Positions 1 to 9,623 of a DNA stretch of 64,000 nt are shown one piece after another. Position 1 is the stretch's first letter. The number at the start of each line of letters is the position of its first letter. Below the pieces are notes generated by a model. It was not told where the DNA came from. It saw nothing but the letters and a program-made list of their open reading frames with translations, and did not search any database. The DNA comes from Sphingobacteriales bacterium (GTDB lineage Bacteria; Bacteroidota; Bacteroidia; Chitinophagales; JADIYW01). The position numbers were made by a program, and so were the translations under genes. The stretch lies in the NCBI GenBank assembly GCA_016721245.1, contig JADKIQ010000020.1, positions 21,694 to 85,693 of the forward strand, read 5' to 3'.

Positions 1-763
1 GCTCGGCTATTTTTAAATTATATAATTGTGTCTGTCCAAACAGTCCTGTAAACTCAATTGTACGTATATATCCTAAATCGTTAAAATAATTCATATCCAA
101 TAATGATGATAGTATAATATCGTTAACATCAAAGCCGATTAAATTTTTTTGATTAGCATAATGGTTTGGATAAGAAATTATATATTCTCCTTGGTTATAA
201 CTGCTTGTATCGTAAGGAACACCAGGATCATAATAATTATTCAAATAAAAATTCAGGTCAATGTTATTTAAATTTTTGCCTGCATAGGAAAAAAAGAGTT
301 GCTGCACTTTTCTTTGTACGATTGAATTAAGATTATCATACTTATCAAAATGGTTATCCTGCGCATTAGTGATTGTTTGCAGGCTTCCATTTGAATTATA
401 TTGGATATCTTGTTTATACTCATGCAGGTATGCGTCAACCGAATAAGATGTCAGGTATTTATGGTAACAAGAATTGAATTTCCTATTTACAATATAGCAG
501 TAATCGGATAAGCTACTGGAAAAAAACAAATCAAGATGATTGCTTAACAAAATGCTATCGTTTCGCTCTTCGAAATTGATGCCTGATATTCCATTGTAAA
601 TAGATGAAGATGGAATACTTGTAGCTATAAAGTTTGGATTAGTAGTGATGGTTCTTGAATAATAATAATTTCCTATTGTATCTAAATATCCAATTGCAAC
701 AGAATCCAACTCATAAGTAGGTGGAGCAATTCGGTTATTGTCTTTCTTACAACATGTTGTCAA
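1..763 (-). CDS. partial ORF (C-terminus lies beyond the left edge); N/Y/S-rich hypothetical protein, possibly a lipoprotein remnant
   Basis: The minus-strand frame is open from position 2 to a TTG at 763 by manual translation (..FLTTCCKKDNNRIAPPTYELD..). A lipobox-like LTTC is present, but an in-frame TAA just upstream leaves no room for a signal peptide and there is no ATG. It is absent from the ORF track because it is truncated at the window edge. Confidence 0.3.
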   Translation of the reverse strand, partial: MTTCCKKDNNRIAPPTYELDSVAIGYLDTIGNYYYSRTITTNPNFIATSIPSSSIYNGISGINFEERNDSILLSNHLDLFFSSSLSDYCYIVNRKFNSCYHKYLTSYSVDAYLHEYKQDIQYNSNGSLQTITNAQDNHFDKYDNLNSIVQRKVQQLFFSYAGKNLNNIDLNFYLNNYYDPGVPYDTSSYNQGEYIISYPNHYANQKNLIGFDVNDIILSSLLDMNYFNDLGYIRTIEFTGLFGQTQLYNLKIAE

Positions 764-962
764 AAATATGCTTTTGTAAAATATTGATTATAAATAAATT
801 ATAAATGATTCTTGTCTCAATTGCTATAGTCCTTTTAAATTGGTAATTTTAAATGTAAATACGATCTATGAATACAGAAATCAATAAAATAAGAAGAAGA
901 CTTTAAAGAAAGGTTTGAATTCCGCTGTTTGAGGTTCGTCTGTTGTGTCGCACCAAAGCTTG

Positions 963-1417
963 TCATTGCGGATAATACTGATATTCCGTCACTTCCATAA
1001 TGGCAAGGCTCACATCCGATATCTTTTCTACACCATGTTCTCTTACCGCTGCCATTAATTCATCATCGCTCAGTAATACCTCTTTCATGTTTTTTGGAAT
1101 AATTTTACCTTCATAAATTAAGGTAACAGGTTCAGATTGTACCAGACTTCGAAAGCCTTTAAAACGGAACATTAAAAAACCCAGCAGCATATTCAAGGCA
1201 AATAAAACAGTGCCTGCCGTTACCCGCCTAACAGCGTGGTATTCTCGCCTACCATAGCATTTTGAACAGCATTACTGATTAGCCACCAGGCTAATCTGCA
1301 TAGACAATTGGAAATTCCCTTGCCAAAAATACGGAAGGCGACAATCATAAAAATATACACACAACTGCTTCTGAAAGCAATATCCAGTAAGGAGTGATAA
1401 TCTATAGGCATAATCAA
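963..1417 (-). pseudogene. DUF421/YetF-family membrane protein gene disrupted by frameshifts
   Basis: ORFs 1220..1417 (..LISNAVQNAMVGENTTLLGG*) and 963..1196 (..FRSLVQSEPVTLIYEGKI..LSDDELMAAVREHGV..) are the N- and C-terminal halves of one DUF421-type protein in different frames. Adding one G in the GGCGGG run near 1223 restores ..LLGGVTAGTVLFALNMLLGF... A second shift near 993-996 would restore the family-typical AIMESDGISVLS. Confidence 0.6.
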
Positions 1418-1492
1418 AGTTAATAAATATTAAATACAATTTTCCTTAACAAATATTCACTCCCGTAATTTGACAGCAAATAATTGTAACAA

Positions 1493-1500
1493 TATTTTTG
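1493..1500 (+). promoter_or_regulatory. candidate Bacteroidota -7 promoter box (TATTTTTG, consensus TAnnTTTG)
   Basis: Exact match to TAnnTTTG, ending 5 nt before the ATG at 1505, which implies a very short or absent leader. Confidence 0.35.
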
Positions 1501-1504
1501 CCCC

Positions 1505-2179
1505 ATGCAATTTATACATCAACTCAAAAAACATCAGCGATTAGAATTTACCTTACTCTTAATGGCGTCCTGCTTCTTAAGCTTTGGATTAATAGTATTA
1601 AGGGTAATGGCCACTAGGCAATTACATTTCATCTTTCTGATTTGGAATTTATTTCTGGCATTCATTCCATTTTTTATCGCCAACTGGTTATACCTGTTTA
1701 AAGACAGATTTAATAAAATAACCGTGATTCCGGTGGTGGCAATGTGGTTATTATTTTTCCCGAATGCGCCTTACATAATTACGGATTTAATCCATCTGCA
1801 TCCCGATAAGAGTTTTGGTTATTGGTATAATCTGCTGATTGTGGTTTCCTGTGCCTGGAATGCCTTAATCATGGGCTTGTTATCGCTCAACGACGTTCAA
1901 AATGTTATAACTGAAAAATTCGGGAAAATAACAGCATGGATATTGACTGTCAGTTCAGTTTTTCTGGGAGCATTTGGTATTTATATCGGCAGGATTTTAA
2001 GGTGGAACAGCTGGGATGTTTTCTTTGATACCAAATGCCTGATATACGATATCAGCGAACGGGTTATAAATCCTTCTGCGCACGGACGAACCATAGGAAT
2101 TACCTTGTTTTATGGCATATTTTTACTGGTTGTCTATTTATTTTTCAGACAACTTATGATGAGAAAAGAAACGGTGTAG
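1505..2179 (+). CDS. DUF1361 domain-containing integral membrane protein
   Basis: 224-aa ORF with multiple TM helices. Motifs LIWNLFLAFIP, FPNAPYIITDLIHL and RWNSWD are typical of DUF1361. Confidence 0.75.
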   Translation: MQFIHQLKKHQRLEFTLLLMASCFLSFGLIVLRVMATRQLHFIFLIWNLFLAFIPFFIANWLYLFKDRFNKITVIPVVAMWLLFFPNAPYIITDLIHLHPDKSFGYWYNLLIVVSCAWNALIMGLLSLNDVQNVITEKFGKITAWILTVSSVFLGAFGIYIGRILRWNSWDVFFDTKCLIYDISERVINPSAHGRTIGITLFYGIFLLVVYLFFRQLMMRKETV

Positions 2180-2851
2180 TTATTTCATTGCAACTGACTG
2201 CTGTGATTTTACCAGACTTTTTAATTCAGCCACTTCTTTCTTTAACTCCTCAATCTGTGTTTGTTGTTCCTGCATTCCTTTTGCCAGCAATGGAATCATT
2301 TCCTGGTAATTGACAGAATAATAACCGTTAGAATTCAGTTGAACAAAATTCGGATAAACGACTTTCAGTTCCTGAGCCATAAAACCAAAATGTTTGCCAT
2401 TTGGCAGAAATCCGGTATATCCTGCAGGTGCCTGATATTCATAAGAATAAACATTCAGTTTATCAAAATTAGCTAAAACATTATTTACCGATACTATATT
2501 TTTCTTTAAGCGTTTATCCGAAAACGGCAGAAATTTGTCTGTAGAGTAATGTAGTTCCTGACATTGTTTTACTGTATCTGGAAGAAATTCATCTATGTAA
2601 ATAGTGTCAGTACCAATTTTTACCGTTACAATAAAGGGACCAACTGATATGTTGTCCACAGTAACTTCTGCACCTTTCGCTACGGATGCAATTTTGGTGC
2701 TACCCAGATAAAAATCGGCAGTACCAGACGGCATGAATTCTCCGTCATTATGTATCATAACAGAGCCTGTATTGTTTGATGAACAATCGCTTTTCTTTCC
2801 GCAGGAGAAAATAAAAAGACTTAAAACAATGATGGTGAGTGATGCTTTCAT
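2180..2851 (-). CDS. lipoprotein with C-terminal tail-fiber / peptidase S74 intramolecular-chaperone-like domain
   Basis: Signal peptide plus lipobox (LFIFSCGKK). The C-terminus HFGFMAQELKVVYPNFV..GYYSVNYQEMIPLLAKGMQEQQTQIEELKKE matches the endosialidase-chaperone (S74) domain pattern and is followed by a coiled coil. Confidence 0.65.
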   Translation of the reverse strand: MKASLTIIVLSLFIFSCGKKSDCSSNNTGSVMIHNDGEFMPSGTADFYLGSTKIASVAKGAEVTVDNISVGPFIVTVKIGTDTIYIDEFLPDTVKQCQELHYSTDKFLPFSDKRLKKNIVSVNNVLANFDKLNVYSYEYQAPAGYTGFLPNGKHFGFMAQELKVVYPNFVQLNSNGYYSVNYQEMIPLLAKGMQEQQTQIEELKKEVAELKSLVKSQQSVAMK

Positions 2852-2942
2852 AAATTATGTTTTTCTTAAAATTATACTTTATAGCGTGTATTCACAAGAA
2901 TCTGTTTAATTTTAACGTTTCTAATTATTTATAAAAATACGG

Positions 2943-5369
2943 ATGAAAATTTCACTCAACTGGCTCAAATCTTATATTCATTTCGATTTATCGAATGAGG
3001 AACTGCATAATTTATTAACGGATATTGGTCTGGAAGTGGAAAGCATTGAACCTTACGAATCAGTAAAAGGCGGTTTGAAGGGCCTCGTAGTAGGACATGT
3101 GCTGGAAAAGGAAAAACATGCTGATGCCGATAAATTGTCTGTCTGTAAGGTAGATGTTGGAAACGAAGTATTGCAAATTGTTTGTGGAGCACCCAATGTG
3201 GCTGCCGGACAAAAAGTAGTGGTTGCCTTAGTGGGAACAAAATTGTACCCAAGCACAGGCGAAGCGTTTGAAATCAAAAAAGCGAAAATCCGTGGTGTGG
3301 AATCTGTGGGGATGATTTGTGCGGAAGACGAAATCGGACTCGGTGCTTCTCATGCAGGCATTATGGTGCTCGACGAAAACACGGAAGTTGGCTTGCAGGC
3401 TTCTTTTTTATTCGGGGTGGAAAATGACTACGTCATTGAAATCGGATTAACACCAAACCGCACCGATGCTTTTTCTCATATAGGTGTTGCCCGCGATTTA
3501 GCCGCAGCGTTAAGCTTTAGAACAAAGAAAGAAGTAGAACTTAATTTACCTAAACTCACGACTCACGACTCACGACTCACGACTGATTTTCAAGTAACAA
3601 TTGAAAATACAACCGCTTGTCCAAAATACCTCGGTATCATTTTGCAAAATATAAAAGTGACTGAATCTCCGGCATGGTTGAAAAACCGCTTGAAGGCAAT
3701 CGGACAAAAACCGATTAACAATATCGTAGATATTACCAATTTCGTGTTGCATGAATTTGGCCAACCGTTACACGCGTTCGACCTGAAAGAAATTAAAGGC
3801 AACAAGATTATTGTAAAGAACCTTCCGGCAAAAACAAAATTTACGGCATTGGATAATTCGGTGGTTGAATTGCACGAAGAAGATTTAATGATTTGCGATG
3901 GCGAAAGCAATGGCATGTGTATTGCAGGGGTATATGGTGGTGCACAATCCGGAGTGAAAGATTCTACAACGTCTATCTTTCTGGAAAGTGCTTATTTCGA
4001 TCCGAAAACTATCAGACGAACTTCTACCCGTCACGGATTGCGTACCGATGCAGCTACCCATTTCGAAAAAGGCATTGACCCGGCAGTTACACAAACTGCT
4101 TTGTTGCGTGCCGTACAACTGATTTCCGAATTGGCCGGAGGCGAAGTTGCATCCGAAATCTATGATGTTCAATCCAAAACATTCGAACCGTTTAAGGTAA
4201 CGTTGGAATACAAAAACATCAAACGATTAACCGGAGCCAATATTTCTAAAGAAGATGCCAAAAAGATTCTGGCTCTTTTAGAAATTCAGGTGGCAGTAGA
4301 AAATGAAACAACATTAGAATTGCTTGTTCCGCCTTACCGCACCGACGTTACCCGCGAAGCAGATGTGATTGAAGATATTTTGCGTATTTATGGTTTCAAC
4401 AATGTGGTTATTCCAACAAAATTGAATGCCAGCGTCAATTTCTCCAAATCCTTTGATGCGGATAAATTGTACAATAATACAGCAGATACCTTAGTGAATT
4501 TTGGTTTCTATGAAATGATGAATAACAGCATCACAAAATCAAAATACCAGTCTTTACTAAAAAATCAATCTTCTGAAAACTGGGTGCGTTTGCTGAGTTC
4601 CATCAATGTGGAATTGGATGTACTGAGAAATAATATGCTGTTTTCCGGACTGGAATCGGTTTCCCATAATATCAATCACAAGAACTCTAATGTCAAATTA
4701 TTTGAATTTGGGAAAACATATCATAAAAATGAAGAGTACACCGAGAAGAACCATTTAGCCATTTTCATTTCCGGCAACAAATCGAATACCAATTGGAACA
4801 CTCCGACGAAGAAATCTGACTTCTATTATATCAAATCCATAGTAGATGCGGTTTTATCAAAAATCGGCATTGCTGCCTTTGATGTGCTGGATAATGACCT
4901 TTCTGAAATCTTCAATTATTCACTGCTGTACAAAAAAGGAGAGAAGGTATTGGTAGAATTTGGGAAAGTACATACGCAGTTCACCAAACAGTTTGATATC
5001 AAACAAGAGGTATATTTTGCGGATTTTAACTGGGATGCTATTATTGCCACCGCTAAAAAGGTGAATATCAACTACACGGAGATTTCTAAATATCCGGCAG
5101 TAAAACGCGATTTAGCCCTGTTACTAAATAAAAAAGTGAAATTTTCTGAGGTAAAATCGATAGCGGAGAAATTTGGAAAGAAAATTTTGCGTAATATTGA
5201 GTTATTCGATATCTATGAAGATGAGAAAATCGGTCATGATAATAAATCCTATGCCGTAAGTTTTACCTTCAGAGATGACGCAAAAACACTGCAAGATAAT
5301 GATATTGATGGTGTTATGAAAAAATTAATGGAAGAATACCAATCACAGTTAAACGCTATAATTCGTTAA
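2943..5369 (+). CDS. pheT: phenylalanine--tRNA ligase beta subunit
   Basis: 808 aa with an N-terminal tRNA-binding (OB) domain (VGHVLEKEKHADADKLSVCKVDVG), B3/4 and B5 regions and a C-terminal FDX-ACB domain (YPAVKRDLALLL..SYAVSFTFR). Confidence 0.97.
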   Translation: MKISLNWLKSYIHFDLSNEELHNLLTDIGLEVESIEPYESVKGGLKGLVVGHVLEKEKHADADKLSVCKVDVGNEVLQIVCGAPNVAAGQKVVVALVGTKLYPSTGEAFEIKKAKIRGVESVGMICAEDEIGLGASHAGIMVLDENTEVGLQASFLFGVENDYVIEIGLTPNRTDAFSHIGVARDLAAALSFRTKKEVELNLPKLTTHDSRLTTDFQVTIENTTACPKYLGIILQNIKVTESPAWLKNRLKAIGQKPINNIVDITNFVLHEFGQPLHAFDLKEIKGNKIIVKNLPAKTKFTALDNSVVELHEEDLMICDGESNGMCIAGVYGGAQSGVKDSTTSIFLESAYFDPKTIRRTSTRHGLRTDAATHFEKGIDPAVTQTALLRAVQLISELAGGEVASEIYDVQSKTFEPFKVTLEYKNIKRLTGANISKEDAKKILALLEIQVAVENETTLELLVPPYRTDVTREADVIEDILRIYGFNNVVIPTKLNASVNFSKSFDADKLYNNTADTLVNFGFYEMMNNSITKSKYQSLLKNQSSENWVRLLSSINVELDVLRNNMLFSGLESVSHNINHKNSNVKLFEFGKTYHKNEEYTEKNHLAIFISGNKSNTNWNTPTKKSDFYYIKSIVDAVLSKIGIAAFDVLDNDLSEIFNYSLLYKKGEKVLVEFGKVHTQFTKQFDIKQEVYFADFNWDAIIATAKKVNINYTEISKYPAVKRDLALLLNKKVKFSEVKSIAEKFGKKILRNIELFDIYEDEKIGHDNKSYAVSFTFRDDAKTLQDNDIDGVMKKLMEEYQSQLNAIIR
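3555..3584 (+). repeat. perfect heptamer tandem array (CTCACGA)x4+CT, in-frame inside pheT (LTTHDSRLTT)
   Basis: Read directly from the sequence: ctcacga ctcacga ctcacga ctcacga ct. It starts on a codon boundary of pheT. Confidence 0.95.
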
Positions 5370-5370
5370 A

Positions 5371-5661
5371 ATGGCAAAGATTGATGACAAATGGGCAAGG
5401 ATTTTTAAAAAAATTCAACTAATTTTAGAAAAAAATCAAAAGTTAGAAGAAAGTAATACTGGCTTCGAACTTAAGATTTCAGCATTAGAGAATAAAATTA
5501 GTGAACTAAATAAAGAAAAAGAAAGTTTAAAAGAACAGATACAATATATAAAAGCAGCAAAAGAAGTGCATTTATCCGAAAAGGAAAGAGCAGTGACAAA
5601 GCAACAGTTGAAAGAGTTTATGGAAGAAATTGACGACTGTTTGGCAAAATTGATACAATAA
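5371..5661 (+). CDS. small coiled-coil protein (ZapB-like by context)
   Basis: 96 aa, Lys/Glu-rich heptad pattern, tightly packed between pheT and zapA. Confidence 0.55.
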   Translation: MAKIDDKWARIFKKIQLILEKNQKLEESNTGFELKISALENKISELNKEKESLKEQIQYIKAAKEVHLSEKERAVTKQQLKEFMEEIDDCLAKLIQ

Positions 5662-5957
5662 TGGCAGAACCACTCAACATAAATCTATTAATCGCCGGAA
5701 GACCTTATAAATTAAAAGTGTCTACGGATGAAGAAGGCTATGTTCGACAGGCCGCCAAGGATATCAATGATAAAATAGCCGAATATCAAAAAACATTACT
5801 TACCCGCGACCGACAGGATTTCCTGTCTATGATTGCCCTGCAGTCGACCGCGGAAGTTTTGCAAAATAAAAATAAAGCCACTAACGCAAACATCGACGCC
5901 AAACTCGATGAACTGGAAGCCTTGCTCGACAAGCAACTCGGTATCACACTCTTCTGA
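5661..5957 (+). CDS. zapA: cell division protein ZapA
   Basis: 98 aa. INLLIAGRPYKLKVSTDEEGYVRQAAKDINDKI fits the ZapA family signature, and its start overlaps the upstream stop (ATAATG). Confidence 0.8.
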   Translation: MAEPLNINLLIAGRPYKLKVSTDEEGYVRQAAKDINDKIAEYQKTLLTRDRQDFLSMIALQSTAEVLQNKNKATNANIDAKLDELEALLDKQLGITLF

Positions 5958-6099
5958 TTTTTCAGAGTTATTCTTATGCTGTGTAAAAGATAAAAAGAAG
6001 GATGATTTCTATATTCCTACTTTTACTTTAAGGGTTTTGATTGCTTTCCATCAAAAAGTAACAGAAATAAATTAAATAACAATATAAACAACAAACACA

Positions 6100-7707
6100 G
6101 TGGATCCAATAATAATAGCAATAATCGCAGGTGTAGTAGCACTGATAGTTGGTTTTGTAATAGGCAAATTAGTGTCTAAGGCAAACGTAGACAAACAATT
6201 AGCAGAAGCTAAAATCATCGAAGAAAAGGCAAAAGCTCTAGAAGAAACAGCCAAAGCAGAAGCAGAACTCATCAAAAAAAGCGCCTTAAACACCGCTGAA
6301 TCTTTGAAAAAAGATAAAATGATGGAAGCAAAGGAGTTCTTTTTAAAACAAAAAGAAGAACACAATAAAGAAATCGAGCAGCGCAACCGCAAAATGCTGG
6401 AAGCGGAAAACCGTGCAAAGCAAATCGAACAATCGCTCAAAGATAAATTAACCAGTGCCAATAAACAGGAAAAGGAAACCGAAGCACTTAAAACCCGTCT
6501 GAACGAACAGATTGATTTGGCAACGGTAAAACGCACGGAACTGGAAAAAGCACACGAAGTGCATATTGCCAAACTGGAGCAGGTGGCACAATTATCTGCG
6601 GAAGAAGCAAAAGCACAACTGGTTGAACAACTGAAAGGCAAAGCACAATCCGATGCGATGGCGCACGTGAAAATGGTAATGGATGAGGCAAAATTGAAAG
6701 CAACGAAAGAAGCGAAGAAAATCGTTATTCAATCTATTCAAAGAACAGCAGCAGAAACAGCTATTGAAAATACAGTGTCTGTATTCAACTTATCCAGTGA
6801 CGAGCAAAAAGGACAAATTATCGGCCGTGAAGGTAGAAACATCCGTGCGCTGGAAGCAGCTACGGGCGTTGAAATCATCGTGGATGATACTCCGGAAGCG
6901 ATTATCATTTCCGGATACGATGCGTATAAAAGAGAAATCGCGCGTTTGTCGTTGCAGCGTTTAGTAGCGGATGGACGTATCCACCCTGCTCGTATCGAAG
7001 AGGTAGTAGCAAAAACAGAAAAACAACTGGAAGGACAAATCATGGAAATCGGAGAGCGTACCGTAATTGATTTAGGTGTGCATGGCCTGCATCCTGAATT
7101 AATTCGTCTGGTAGGTAAGATGCGTTTCCGTTCTTCTTACGGACAAAATTTATTGCAACACTCCCGTGAGGTAGCCAACCTTTGTGCTATCATGGCGAGC
7201 GAGTTGGGATTGAATTCTAAAATCGCCAAACGTGCAGGTTTATTACATGATATTGGTAAAGTATCGGATGAAGATCCGGAATTATCACACGCTTTGTTAG
7301 GTGCAAAATTATGTGAGAAATACGGAGAAGCACCGGTAATCATCAATGCGGTAGGAGCACACCACGATGAGATGGAAATGTTGTATGTGGTTTCTCCAAT
7401 TATTCAGGCGTGTGATGCTATTTCAGGTGCACGTCCGGGCGCGCGTCGTGAGATTATGGAAAGCTATATGAAACGTATAGACGAGCTGGAAAAATTAGCC
7501 GTTTCTTATCAAGGTGTACAAAAAGCCTATGCGATACAGGCAGGCCGTGAGTTGCGTGTGTTAGTAGAAGCAGAAAAAATAGACGACAAACAAGTGGAGG
7601 AGATTTCGTTCAAAATTGCACAGCAAATTCAGGATGAAATGACTTATCCGGGACAAATCAAAGTAACCGTAATCCGCGAAACAAGAAGTGTGTCGGTGGC
7701 GAAGTAA
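6100..7707 (+). CDS. rny: ribonuclease Y
   Basis: 535 aa (GTG start) with an N-terminal TM helix, a long Lys/Glu coiled coil, a KH domain ([26 protein letters not shown]) and an HD domain (LLHDIGK..GAHHDE). Confidence 0.95.
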   Translation: MDPIIIAIIAGVVALIVGFVIGKLVSKANVDKQLAEAKIIEEKAKALEETAKAEAELIKKSALNTAESLKKDKMMEAKEFFLKQKEEHNKEIEQRNRKMLEAENRAKQIEQSLKDKLTSANKQEKETEALKTRLNEQIDLATVKRTELEKAHEVHIAKLEQVAQLSAEEAKAQLVEQLKGKAQSDAMAHVKMVMDEAKLKATKEAKKIVIQSIQRTAAETAIENTVSVFNLSSDEQKGQIIGREGRNIRALEAATGVEIIVDDTPEAIIISGYDAYKREIARLSLQRLVADGRIHPARIEEVVAKTEKQLEGQIMEIGERTVIDLGVHGLHPELIRLVGKMRFRSSYGQNLLQHSREVANLCAIMASELGLNSKIAKRAGLLHDIGKVSDEDPELSHALLGAKLCEKYGEAPVIINAVGAHHDEMEMLYVVSPIIQACDAISGARPGARREIMESYMKRIDELEKLAVSYQGVQKAYAIQAGRELRVLVEAEKIDDKQVEEISFKIAQQIQDEMTYPGQIKVTVIRETRSVSVAK

Positions 7708-7752
7708 TACAAAGCTGTCCCGCTGAGCTTGTCGAAGCGATTGGTAGCGAAG

Positions 7753-7787
7753 AAAAAAGCGAAGTAATTTTACTTCGCTTTTTTTAT
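7753..7787 (+). terminator. rho-independent terminator after rny
   Basis: 12-bp stem aaaagcgaagta / tacttcgctttt with a 4-nt loop, followed by a T-run. Confidence 0.8.
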
Positions 7788-7842
7788 TTGTCGGAATTAG
7801 GATTTTTGGATTAAAAGATGACAGGATTTCAGATAATTATAA

Positions 7843-9567
7843 TCACCTAAACTCATATGTCGTTCCTCGCAACTGTGTCAGTAAGGTGTCAGCTGCATCC
7901 GTCGCTGTGGCACGCTTTTCTAAGCTTGGCGAAACCGGTGAATTTACCTTCAAATATTCCGTAATCACATCATGCAGCAGAATAGTAAGTTTTGTCGGAT
8001 TTTTCACATGCTCCACCCTGCACAACGTATCCTCCGGGTCGCCTTCACGTTCACAGGCTATGATGCTATATTCTTTGGTAAGGTCGAGTGGCGCATTTCC
8101 CACTTTCACCCAGTTCAGGCGCTTGCCGTAATCATTGCCAATGGTAAAATTGACTTCCATTCCCTTGAACCGCACAAACCAACCGCCAAACCGTTTAGAC
8201 GGATCTTTCGCAAAGGCATTCTCCAGTTCCTTCTCCAGCCAGACGTGTATTTGTTGTCCCGTTACCATAGCCGTTTTTGCTTCGCTGTTTACCGGCAGCA
8301 TATTCCATAAAAATTCTTTAGTGATGGCTGCCACACCGGTCTTTTTATTTACAGCAAGCGGCTGACAAAAACGGAAACCATTCGACAACGCGATGTCCGG
8401 TTTAAACTTCCACATAATGGCATCCGTAATTAAATTATCCATCGGTGTTTCCATCACAAAATAACGTACCAGCGGTGTGCTGCTGGTGCCGATGACTTTC
8501 TGCAGTTCAGCCTTGTACGGCAGGTATGTTTTATCTACCATTGCCTGTATGGTTTTGTCGGCAGGATATTTTCCGGGGTCTACATCCAGCAAGTGATAAC
8601 GGATGTCTTTGAGTTGGCCATTTTCGAGTATTAAATCGAGTTTACCCAGAAAGGAACCGAAGGCACCGCACTCAATCACTTTTGTGTATTTTCCTTCAAT
8701 CGGTACCCGCACGCGTTCATGCGTATCCGCACCGATGATGCAATCCACCCCGGCAGAAACGGGATTGTTTGCCAACCCCACCTGCTGTGCCAAACCCATG
8801 TGGGTAGCCAGCAATACCACGGCACAGCCTTCCGTTTCTCTCAGCAGCTTTACATATTTGGCAACGGTTTTTTCCGCATGTTCGAAACGCAATCCCTCGC
8901 TGTAGGCAGGCGATTGACGTTTCGGAATGAGATGGTCGGTATATCCAATCACCCCGATTTTTACGCCGGCTATATATTTTATCCAATACGGCGGATAGAC
9001 TAATTCTCCGTTGTTTTCATCGTCTGTTTTGTGCCACATATTGGCACATATTTTTGCCGCGTTCGAATGCCCCAGATCGTACAGCATTTTCTTTTTCTTG
9101 TACACCACTTCCCAGTTGCCCGGCAACAGTAAATCGTAATTCAGTTTATTGAAAATGGGAATCAGCGCTTCTCCTTCCGTGAGAGAGGCGATGGCATGTC
9201 CGTGAAAGAAATCACCGCCATCATACAAAATAGTATTGTCCGGATTTTCTTTTCTGAACGTGTCAATCATCGTTTTTAAAACAGCCAGTCCGCCACGTTT
9301 GCGATATACCGCCTGATTGTTTTCCCAGAAGAATTCATCATGCGTATTGAGTTGCGAATGTATATCGGCAGTAATCAGAATGGTGATTTTCTTTTTTGAA
9401 GTTGCCGGTTTTACAGGATAGTTTTTGGATGCATTTGCGACCGGTGTTGTTGAAGCAAAGTTGGCGACCGGTTTCAAAAATGCAGCCAGACCTATTAAAG
9501 CAGATTTCTTAAAAAAACTCCTGCGATTACCGGAGTCGTGTGTTTCGTTTTCTGTTGTGTTTTCCAT
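7843..9567 (-). CDS. Tat-exported metallophosphoesterase / 5'-nucleotidase-family protein, SoxB-like
   Basis: 574 aa with a twin-arginine leader (NRRSFFKKSALIGLAAF), calcineurin-like motifs (ITADIHSQL, DGGDFFHG, GNWE, THMG, GADTHE) and a 5'-nucleotidase-type C-terminal domain. Size and architecture match thiosulfohydrolase SoxB. The function is inferred from this architecture. Confidence 0.7.
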   Translation of the reverse strand: MENTTENETHDSGNRRSFFKKSALIGLAAFLKPVANFASTTPVANASKNYPVKPATSKKKITILITADIHSQLNTHDEFFWENNQAVYRKRGGLAVLKTMIDTFRKENPDNTILYDGGDFFHGHAIASLTEGEALIPIFNKLNYDLLLPGNWEVVYKKKKMLYDLGHSNAAKICANMWHKTDDENNGELVYPPYWIKYIAGVKIGVIGYTDHLIPKRQSPAYSEGLRFEHAEKTVAKYVKLLRETEGCAVVLLATHMGLAQQVGLANNPVSAGVDCIIGADTHERVRVPIEGKYTKVIECGAFGSFLGKLDLILENGQLKDIRYHLLDVDPGKYPADKTIQAMVDKTYLPYKAELQKVIGTSSTPLVRYFVMETPMDNLITDAIMWKFKPDIALSNGFRFCQPLAVNKKTGVAAITKEFLWNMLPVNSEAKTAMVTGQQIHVWLEKELENAFAKDPSKRFGGWFVRFKGMEVNFTIGNDYGKRLNWVKVGNAPLDLTKEYSIIACEREGDPEDTLCRVEHVKNPTKLTILLHDVITEYLKVNSPVSPSLEKRATATDAADTLLTQLRGTTYEFR

Positions 9568-9623
9568 CAGTATTAAATTCTTTTTAATCTAAATATGCAA
9601 AACTTTTAGTATTATTTTGTTTA

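Noticed and set aside
2035-2476. ORFs 2035..2313 and 2261..2476 overlap the end of the DUF1361 gene and the tail-fiber-domain gene.
   Set aside because: They are out-of-frame overlaps of two well-supported genes, and they have no motifs.
5958-6099. The 140-nt gap after zapA could hold a 6S RNA, by analogy with zapA-ssrS in E. coli.
   Set aside because: I could not find the extended end-to-end complementarity with a central bubble expected of 6S RNA. The region is AT-rich and short. A covariance-model search would settle it.
6072-6641. A 189-aa antisense ORF (Ser/Ala/Cys/Phe-rich) opposite the 5' part of rny, together with other antisense ORFs at 6488-7346.
   Set aside because: It mirrors the Lys/Glu/Ala-rich coiled-coil coding region of RNase Y, has low-complexity composition and has no independent signals. 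The sense gene is unambiguous.
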